A stretch of 64,000 nucleotides of DNA from contig OZ024742.1 in assembly GCA_964016885.1 (NCBI GenBank), forward strand, positions 226,796,001-226,860,000, in the 5' to 3' direction. This document shows positions 55,083 to 64,000 of the stretch, piece by piece (the stretch's first letter is position 1; each line of letters starts with the position of its first letter). The notes under the pieces were generated by a model that saw only the letters and a program-made list of their open reading frames with translations, was not told where the DNA came from and did no database searches. Origin of the DNA: Eledone cirrhosa (lineage: Eukaryota). The position numbers and the translations under genes were made by a program.

Positions 55083-56367
55083 CAGGGTGCAGACAATATT
55101 TGTTCTCAAGATTACTGTCTAGGAAAAAATAACACAGTAGTTTTATTTTTTAAGATATATTTATCAAACTTGGGTCAGTTTGTCTTCATGACTTGTTCTT
55201 TCGATCTCACTCGATAAACCCGCCATTGGCTTTGATGACGGCCTCGGAACCGGCTACAGGCCTTTGTCACTGTCCCCCGACTTAGGCCCCTAAAGGCACT
55301 TGTAATCCTGACCTTCAGATTGCAGCTAGATCTGTTGGTGTCTCATTCCACTGCGCCCCACACAAAGAAGTGGAGGGGGTTGGTTGCAGTGAGGCAAGCT
55401 GGGAGGCCAGATGTCAGGTGAAGTGTGGTCAAAGAAGTTCTCTGTCAGCCAGGCTTGGGTCTTTCGGCTGGTATGGCAGGGCGCTGAGTCTTGCTGCCAC
55501 ACATACAGCTTACCTGCAGCTATCTGGTCGATCAAGGGCTTTACTACCTCGCTCAGAATGCGGATGTAGCCATCGGTGTTCAGCTTGAGGCCCTCAGGGA
55601 AGAAGTGAGGTGGCATGACGTCACCTTGACTGCTGACGATACCTAAGATCAATGTAGTCGCTGGAAACTTTGTCTGCATGACTCTGGGCACGACTTTGGA
55701 TGAGACAGCGAGCCACCTGTCCACCTGTTCTGGGAGTTGATCTTCTGCTCTTGGCAGAAGTTTTTCTCGTCGGAGAAAAACCACAGCATGTCTGGCTCCA
55801 GTGGGTGTTCCAACTTGTTGATCAGCTTCTTTGCGTGCTTCAGTCACTTTCTTGCATTGCCTTTGACAGAAATTGTCCTTTCCTCATCTTGTATGAAACG
55901 AATGTCTTCATGTACCACCAGCCTAATGAGCTTTTCATCCACACCTTTCTTCCTTGCAATGGCACGCATCAACTTGCTAGGTTCATTGTTGATGATATCC
56001 TGAACTTCAGCGACGAACTCGGGTGTTCTGAAGGCGTCAGATCGTCGATCATGTGTTTTCCTCTCTGATGTTGCTTCTTAGTCGAATCCTGAATCTTCCA
56101 ATTCCTTTCTGACCTTTTCCACCATTCTCCTGCTGACACCGAGACAGTCTGAAATTTCCTTATTTGTCCTCCTAGCACGGATTCCAAGAAGAACTCCGTG
56201 TCTCTTCCACAAATTTGGAGGTTCAAAATTATTCATAATCAATTATTCTGAAAATAAATAATGGAAATATAGTCAGTTTTTATGAAGACAAGAGTGACAA
56301 TGGAAGTAAAGAAAAATTGCATAAAATTAGCAGTTGAAAATTGAAAACAAATATCGTCCACACCCTG
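55083..56367 (-). mobile_element. Decayed Tc1/mariner DNA transposon (maT/DD37D-like)
   Basis: TIRs CAGGGTGCAGACAATATTTGTT / AACAAATATCGTCCACACCCTG with TA on the left; frameshifted transposase ..VMPPHFFPEGLKLNTDGY..VWQQDSAPCHTS..DIWPPS. Confidence 0.9.
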
Positions 56368-56901
56368 TGTATATAGATTCAGTTATGTAATATAGTTGGT
56401 TGTTGTTGGCCATATGTACTCTACAGAAATATTCTTTTTATATCAGTAATGATAAATACTACCATATCTTTATTTAATAGATAAAGTAAAGTGATGTCTT
56501 ACAGATAGACCAGCATAAAATAATTGAAATGAAAAACAAAGATATTCAATTACATCATGTATAAAACCATTGATATTATATAAACATTATTGAGCAGTAT
56601 CTAATAAAAAAAAACACACTATTAAAGGGAATGAAGAAGGAAATGAAAAGAAGAAAAAGAAAAAAAGGATCAAGGAAGGAAGAGGGAGGGACAGACACCA
56701 CAGTTGTGACAGTCTTAGCCATGCCCCATGAACAAAATGGCAAAGGCATTATCACGGTGAATGAACCAATAAGGGAGTATCTACATAATCACTCCATCTG
56801 CTAAAAATAATAGCCAAATATCCCTCACATCACATACTATTGTCTCAAAAAAAAAAAGAGATACATTAAACAATCTAGTTCTATATCTCTCTTTATATAT
56901 A

Positions 56902-57003
56902 CAGGGTGGCCCCAAAACATGTATACATACTTCAACAGCATTCTAATAAATATTGCCTGTACAGGTAATCAAAGTGTGCATTCATTATTTGGGGGACACT
57001 CTG
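56902..57003. mobile_element. Second copy of the 100-bp MITE
   Basis: Same core acttcaacagcattctaataaatattg, TA flanks, CAGGGTG terminus. Confidence 0.8.
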
Positions 57004-57559
57004 TATAGAAACTGAGTGTCTGTGGTGTGAGAACTGGGAAGACCACAAATCAGACTAGTAAACGATGCATGGTGGGAATATTAATGAGGTAGAGATTTGC
57101 CCGTGACCTCAAGTGGTTATAGGCTTATAACCTCTTCAAGCTTCTTCAGCTCACAGTCGAATCATACCTCATTAATATATATATAATATATAGAGAGAAA
57201 GAGAGAGACTCTGCAGTGCTGAGACCACTAATCATGGGAGTACTCAATAAATGGGGAGATGCAGAGTGGGTATAGAGATATGTAAAATCTCTCTCTCTCT
57301 CCATATATATATATATATATACCAATACGTATACATATATATAGATACAACAGGATATATCGTCACGAGTGTAATGTCTTTGATCATTGGTCGACTCCAT
57401 AAAGGATGACTTTGGCCTAATCAAGACAAGCTGAAAAGAACTTAATGAATTACCTCCCTTAGTAAAACTGACCTGAAAATATTTTCCATTCTTGTAACTT
57501 AAGTTGTATTTTATTTCCGCTGAAATTTCACCAGAATATATATATATATTCAGTAATCA

Positions 57560-58390
57560 GAGATCAGAGGAAGGGAGCTAGGTTTAAAAGCCAAACTCGC
57601 TATCTTTGATTTGGTATTCCTACCAACCCTTACCTATAGTCATGAATCTTGGGTAATGACCGAAAGAATACAATCGCGAATATAAGCAACCAAAATGTGG
57701 TTCCTCCGAAGGGTCTGTGTAGTAACATTACTCGATAGAGTGTGTAGCTCTGAGAGTCACTCCAGATAGAGCAACTACTTCTCTGAATTGAGAGATCACA
57801 GCCCCAATACTATGGGCACATAGCTTAGTGGTTAGAGCATTGGCCTTACAATCGAAAGGTTGTGAGTTCAATTCTCGGACCGGGTGATGTGTTGTTTCCT
57901 TGAGCAAGACACTTTATTTCACATTGCTCCAGTTTACTCAGCTGTAGAAATGAGATGATAGGGACTGGGGTCCCTATCATTCCACTGCAAAGTGGTCGTG
58001 GAGGTGCCATGGCAAAAAAGCACCCAACACTCACTGTAAATGAGGTTGGTGCTAGGAAGGGCATCCAGCTGTAGAAATCAAGCCAGGATCAGTTCCCGTC
58101 CCACCCTTGCAAGCAGGGAAAAGTGGTCGTAAAATGATGATGATGATGATGTGGTTTAAATATCTCAGGAAAGAATTGGTGGGCAGATTTTACAGGCAAA
58201 ACAAACCAGCAGGAGACCTAGAGGCAGACCTTGAGCAAGATGGTTGGATGACATCCATGAGCTTGGCTGGTCTCACTTGGGGATCCAGCCAGATCAATTG
58301 GAGACAGTTGTTTCAGACAGGACCCGCTGGAAGGAGTGTTTGAGGACTCTGCTCCTTCGACCCTCTCAGGAATAACTGGATGGAGTAAAA
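57560..58390 (+). mobile_element. RTE-like LINE 3' fragment interrupted by a SINE
   Basis: PTLTYSHESWVMTERIQSRI..FLRRV before the SINE; RGRP..RWLDDIHEL after it. Confidence 0.7.
57815..58151 (+). mobile_element. tRNA-derived SINE, family 2 (CORE-like centre, RTE-type tail)
   Basis: Head GCTTAGTGGTTAGAGC..GAGTTCAATTC; TCCTTGAGCAAGACACTT; TAGGAAGGGCATCCAGC.GTAGAAA shared with the RTE 3' UTR; (ATG)n end. Confidence 0.85.
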
Positions 58391-58457
58391 GCAGTATATA
58401 TATATATATATATTTTTTTTTTTTTAAGTTATGTAATAAACAACATAAGATAATTAT

Positions 58458-58516
58458 TTCATTTACCAGTGGTTTCTTGAAAGCAGATATTGTATGTTTT
58501 CAGTCATCAGAATGAA
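58458..58516 (-). ncRNA. Type I hammerhead ribozyme (inverted copy of 59474-59534)
   Basis: Same sequence on the minus strand with a 2-nt deletion in stem II. Confidence 0.7.
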
Positions 58517-58733
58517 TAAAAAACATGGTGTTTTTATTATATGTGTGTATGCATGTGGTTGTGTATGTGTATATATATTTTTGCACGCATGTGTATGTAT
58601 ATGTGTACGTGTGTTTATTTTATATTTTTGTGTATATGTATATATATATACACATGCATGTGTTTTTATACCTGTGTATGATTATCTATGCATGTATATG
58701 TGTGTATCTATGTATGTGTATATTTATATATAT

Positions 58734-59069
58734 GGAGGCACATGGCTTAGTGGTTAGAGCATTGGCCTTGCAATCGAAAGGTTGTGAGTTCAATTCTCAG
58801 ACCGGGTGATGTGTTGTTTCCTTGAGCAAGAGACTTTATTTCACATTGCTCCAGTTTACTCAGCTGTAGAAATGAGATGATAGGGACTGGCGTCCCTATA
58901 ATTCCACTGCAAAGTGGTCGTGGAGTTGCCATGGCAAAAAAGCACCCAGCACTCACTGTAAATGAGGTTGGTGCTAGGAAGGGCATCCAGCTGTAGAAAT
59001 CAAGCCAGAATCAGTTCCCGTCCCACCCTTGCAAGCAGGGAAAAGTGGTCGTAAAATGAAATGATGATG
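58734..59069 (+). mobile_element. SINE family 2, near-identical second copy
   Basis: Differs from 57815-58151 at only a handful of positions. Confidence 0.85.
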
Positions 59070-59473
59070 TACATCTCGTGTATTTGCTTATTTTTAAGTT
59101 GTTTTTATTTTCCCCCCCTCCCTCCACACACTCATACGTTTCCTTTTTGTCTTTATTTTGTTTTTGACTTTGTATATTTTTTGTTTTTATTTATTTATTA
59201 CTTCTTGTATATGTATGTGTATGTATTTATGTCCCTGTCTGCAGACGCTAATACGCTTATTTGAAAAAGTATACGTCTTCGTACTTTTTAAGTATATGCG
59301 CGTGGTTTAGTGGTATATGCATGTGTTTACGTTCTGGATATTTATTGTTTAAATATATATATATATATATATTCCTCTCTTCTTTTCCGCCCGTTTTTTT
59401 TCTCAGCCTCACTTTCACATTTCTTAAATTTTGTTTTCAAATCCATATTTAATAAAAACACCATGTTTTTTTA

Positions 59474-59534
59474 TTCATTCTGATGACTGAAAACAGATAC
59501 AATATCTGCTTTCAAGAAACCACTGGTAAATGAA
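59474..59534 (+). ncRNA. Type I hammerhead ribozyme
   Basis: TTCATT-CTGATGA-cTGAAAaCAGATA caa TATCTGcTTTCAa-GAAA-CCactGG-TA-AATGAA; canonical GUA site, all three stems pair. Confidence 0.8.
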
Positions 59535-60237
59535 ATAATTATATGTTGTTTATTACATAACTAATAAGCTCTGTAGCCTACATAGAGCACTCTTTTTTCC
59601 TGTACCTTTCCGACGGAATTACTTCATTTACACATATATATATTATTGGTAGTAACACTATATAATAAACATGAGTAGCCTTGGTATCAAAGAAAATTAT
59701 TTTTTTCATAACGAAAACATTTAAAAACATTTTTTTTCTCTGTTTTCCTCTGCAAATATATCACAGAGTTGCCAGTACGTTTGAAAATGTCAGACAGCAC
59801 TGTTTCAAGATTGGTTAATCTTTCAACAGTGAAATTCCCTCAACCTATACAGGTATGGAAATAGACTAGCATCTGTACAGAATTTTGCATGATGTTCATT
59901 TGCATATGGTGTGAACTTGGCTGGTTATATTTAATTGGGAGTAGCATCAAGACAGCATTTAAACATAATAATTGTTTCTACTTTTTGGCACAAGGCCAGC
60001 AATTACCCAGTGCATTACTGGTACTTTATTTTATCGACCTTGTAAGGATGAAAGGCAAAGTTAACCTCGGAGTGTGTTAAGGAGTTCACTTCGCAACCAC
60101 ATGATTCTGGGTTCAGTTGTGTTGCATGGAACCTTGGACAAGTGTTCTCTACTATAGCCTCAGTTTGACCAATGCCATGTCGGTGGAATTTGGTAGATGG
60201 AAACTCTAGAAACAAGTCTCTCTCTCTGTATATATAT

Positions 60238-60910
60238 ATCATCATCATCACCATTCAACTTCCATCTTTTCCATGCTAGCGTGGATTAGACATGTTGTCC
60301 CCTTGTGAGACAAGCCACATTAGATGACTATGTCTTGCTCATACAGAACTGATTTGGGTTTGGTTTCTACGGCTGGATGCCCTTCCTAATGCCAACCACA
60401 TTTAGTGTGGACTGAATACTTTTTGTTGAGACACTTACACGACCGCTTTACAGTGTGAGCTGGGTGCCTTTTGTCATGGCATCAAAAAGACCACTTTACT
60501 GTGTGGGCTGGTGGCGGAGGTACATGGGGATAGGAGAGGTAGATCAAAGGATGGTGTGAAGGGTGGGGATAGGGGCGTGGATATAGTGTGGGGTGTTTAG
60601 GACGTGTGTGAGGAAGGTAGGGGAAGGTGGTGCATACTCAATGCATGCTTCAACCTGTGCATAGGGGAAGGCGGGTCTTCTGCATAACTACATAATGCCA
60701 GAGATCTTGATCCTGTGCTATCGCCTTTGAGAGGTGCAATTGTGCAAGGTCAGCTTTATCAGTCCATCCCAAGTCTTCCTACTCCGTAACTACCTTCAGC
60801 TTTGAGCGCCCTGCACCTTTTTATACAGCTGTCATGCTTCATACACATCACATGTCGATACCAACGCAATCTCCTCTCCTGCACACTGCATGTGATCCCT
60901 CTTATGCCTA
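60238..60910 (-). mobile_element. Older truncated copy of the same RTE 3' end
   Basis: Similar to 61000-61575 (ggctggatgcccttcctaa, tatacagctgtcat) and ends in (CAT)n. Confidence 0.75.
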
Positions 60911-60995
60911 GTTTATTTTTCAGTTCATTTATCTTTATAGTATATTACTATTATACATACGTGTGTGTGTGCATATGTGCATATATATATATATA

Positions 60996-62672
60996 TCATC
61001 ATCATCATCATCGTTTAACGTCCATCTTCCACGCTAGCATGGGTTAGACGGTTTTGTTCCATTTGATGCGGGAATGGTTAGGAGACCATGTCTCGCTCGC
61101 ACGGAAGTGTCTCGGGCAGGTTTTTTTTACAGCTGGATGCCCTTCCTAAAACCAACCACATTTACAGTGTGGACTGGAAGCCTTTTCACCGTGTCTCCTA
61201 CATGGCCACCTTACAGTGTAGTCTGTTGTCTTCGACACAGTGGACAGAACGGGAGAGGGAGGATGCGGTGGGGTGTACATTGAGTTAAGAGGTGCCTACT
61301 GACTGCAGGTTTGTATGAAATGGCAGTCGGGTCTTCTGTACAACTGCATGGCGCCAAAGGTCTCGATCCAGTGCCATTGTCTTAGAGAGGTGTAGGTGGG
61401 CAAGGTCAGTTTTTATCACCTCGTCCCAGGTTTTTCTTGGTCTACCCACTCCGCAGCTTCCATCAATTTTCATTGCCCTGCACTTTTTTATACAGCTGTC
61501 ATCCTTCATACACATCACATGGCCATACCAACGCAATCTTCTCTCCAGAACACAACATTTGATACCTCTTATGCTTAGTCTCCCTCTTAGTTCGTTTATG
61601 CTTCGCCTTTCACACACGTTTCTATTACAAATCCATCGGAGCATGCAAGCTTCTTTTCTTTCTAATCTACGCAGGTCTTCAGCACACAATGCCCAAGTCT
61701 CACTACCATGTAATATCGCCATTCGTATACATGCATCATACAATGTGCCTTTCATTTTTAGAGAGAAACCCCTTTTGGCTACTAGCGGTATTAGCTCTCT
61801 GAACTTTTTCCATCCCACTCTAACTCTGGCTACTACACTTTCAGAGCACCCTCCTCCACTGCTGATTTCGTCACCCAGGTAACGGAAGGTGTCTACTATT
61901 TCTATAGAACCATATGGGCAGTTGAAGGAGATATCATCCAGTGGGTCCTTGCTACTTATTGCACATGAGCATCGGCCACATATAAAAACTACATTCTTAG
62001 ATAGTTTACCTCTGATCCCACTACATCTTTTATGCATCCATATTTTGCATTTGGGACATAGAATGGAGTTTCTACCTACTCTTTTCTTACACACTGAACA
62101 TGGCCATTTCCCAGAGGGTACCTGTGCCCTATTCTCCTTTCTGCCTACTAGAACCTTAGTCTTAGACAAGTTGACTCTAAGGCCTTTTGATTCTAGGCTA
62201 TGTTTCCATGTTTGGAACTTCCTCTCTAGTTCAGCCATAGATTCAGCTATGAGAGTTAGATCATCTGCATATAGAAGTTCCCATGGGCAGCCAGTCTTAA
62301 ACCCCTCTGTTATAACATGTAGGACAATAATAAACAGGAGGGGGCTAAGAATGGAGCCCTGGTGTACCCCTACCATTACGCTAAATTCATCACTATATTC
62401 TTCGTTAATTCTAACCTTGCTGACTGTTCCTCTATACATGGCTTGTATAGCTCTCACAAGCCATTTTCCCACCTAGTTTTCTAAGAGCCCACTAGATTAA
62501 GGTGTGTGGGACTCTGTCAAAAGCCTTCTCCAGGTCGAGGGGTTTACTGTTAGCCAGGTACTTCTCCTGCAATTGCTGTACAAGGAAAAGAGCATCCGTG
62601 GTACTTTTACCTGGCACAAACCCAAATTGCATTTCATCTAGATCAATTTGGTCTCTGATCAGTTGAGTAACA
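60996..62672 (-). mobile_element. 5'-truncated RTE-clade LINE (RT, PHD-like finger, C-terminus, 3' UTR, (ATG)n tail)
   Basis: QFGFVPGKSTTDA, DLEKAFDRVP, GVHQGSILSPLLF, LLYADDL, FRYLG, RRLRWYGHV, GRPRKTW; 395-aa ORF at 61285-62472. Confidence 0.92.
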
Positions 62673-64000
62673 ATAATATATATATATATACGCATACATA
62701 TATATGTGTGTGCATGTATATATATATATATAGTAAATTTATAGAAAAACACTTGCTGGGGTTTGGTGGGAAATTGTTTTTTTCCTGTGTTTTTAACTAA
62801 TCTAACAATTCATTCACAATCAACTTTTTTTCTGAAAACAGAAATGGGTAGGTAGCAGGGAGCCTTTGTGTTTTCTTTACAGTAATGTTGTGTGTTTTCA
62901 ATAAATCTGACTACTTTTAAAACTGTTGGAAATTATTTTTTATTTCACCATATCTCACATGAAATGTAGGAAGATTAGGGTGGCTAGGGTTTGGGTGGGG
63001 GTAGCAAAACCTCACTGAGATTGTTCCTAAGTTCTCAAATTAGTGCATATCAACAAACACCGACCTTTAACCTCAGTCAGCTTTAATTTAGATACCAGAA
63101 AAATTCCTTTATTTGAGCTAGCACTGTCCGGAGCAAGACCCAAAGCACATACTGAGAGTCATGTAAAATTTGTTGTTTATGTGAACACTCAGGCTTAATA
63201 TTAGTGTTTAGAGGGCGATGAATTGACAGTATTGGTAGAGCATCGGTCAACATGCTTCGCAGCATAGAGTTACGTCCCTTTCCAATCTGCGTTCAAATCC
63301 TGCCTAGGTTAGCTTTGCCTTTCATCCTTACAGGGTCGATAAAATAAAGTACCAGTAATGCATTGGGGTTGATTTAATTGATTTTTTCCTACCCTCCAAA
63401 AAATTGTTGGCCTTATCCCTAAATCAGAAACTAATATTAGTGTGTTTAGAGGTTATGAACAATGAAGATGGCACCATTATGAAAAACAGTACATTCTGTG
63501 GAGTAGCTGGTGATAGGAAGAGAATTCAGCTGTAGAAACCATGGCAAAACTGGAACATACAAGTGAGATATGGTTCTTTAATGTTTTATACTTCAAACCA
63601 TGAGACCATGCCAAGAGGAAAAGTGGACTTAAATTATATAAAATGATGATGATGATTATATATGTGTGTGTGTATGGGTGTATACATATATTTATATATG
63701 TGTATGAATACATATATATGTTGCATGCATACACATATGTGTGTGTGTGTGCATGCATATACATGTGTGTGTGTGTGTCCATGCATATACATTTGTGTGC
63801 ATGTGTGCATGTATATACTACATATACATGCATGGGTGTATATTTATATTTAGATTACAATGTAGCATTAAAATAAAAAAAACACACAGTAAAGTTTTAT
63901 TTAAATTCAACAAAAAGATTTTTAATAAAAAACAATGAAAATTTTTTTATGCCACTGATGTCTACAATTTCAGTCTTAATCAAAATTGAAGTACTCAATA

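Larger units (their letters stand above)
58427..59562. repeat. Inverted repeat pair (58427-58539 and 59450-59562), hammerhead-bearing
   Basis: Arms of about 112 bp; the spacer is expanded by a microsatellite and a SINE. Confidence 0.8.

Overview
AT-rich, microsatellite-dense eukaryotic (animal) DNA. The repeat spectrum (very long (TA)n/(TATG)n tracts, tRNA-headed SINEs, RTE LINEs, Tc1/mariner elements) suggests a cephalopod such as Octopus; this is an inference. There is one clear host gene: a 1183-aa MEP-1-like multi-C2H2 zinc-finger protein encoded in a single exon (43432-46983, +), with a probable promoter and non-coding first exon near 24.2-24.7 kb. The rest is mobile DNA: two decayed Tc1/mariner elements, TA- and TTAA-flanked MITEs, RTE LINE fragments (one with a PHD-like finger inside the RT region), a decayed R4/Dong-like RLE retrotransposon and two SINE families. 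The main hidden signal is a set of short, sequence-unrelated cassettes wedged between (TA)n tracts. About eight carry recognisable type I hammerhead ribozyme folds (CUGANGA...GAAA-palindrome-UH with a paired stem I) and several more are degenerate. They are usually arranged as tail-to-tail inverted duplications and followed by a shared TTGAGYRCT-like motif, consistent with microsatellite-targeting Penelope-like retroelement termini or non-autonomous retrozyme-like units. Most ORFs in the supplied track are microsatellite artefacts.
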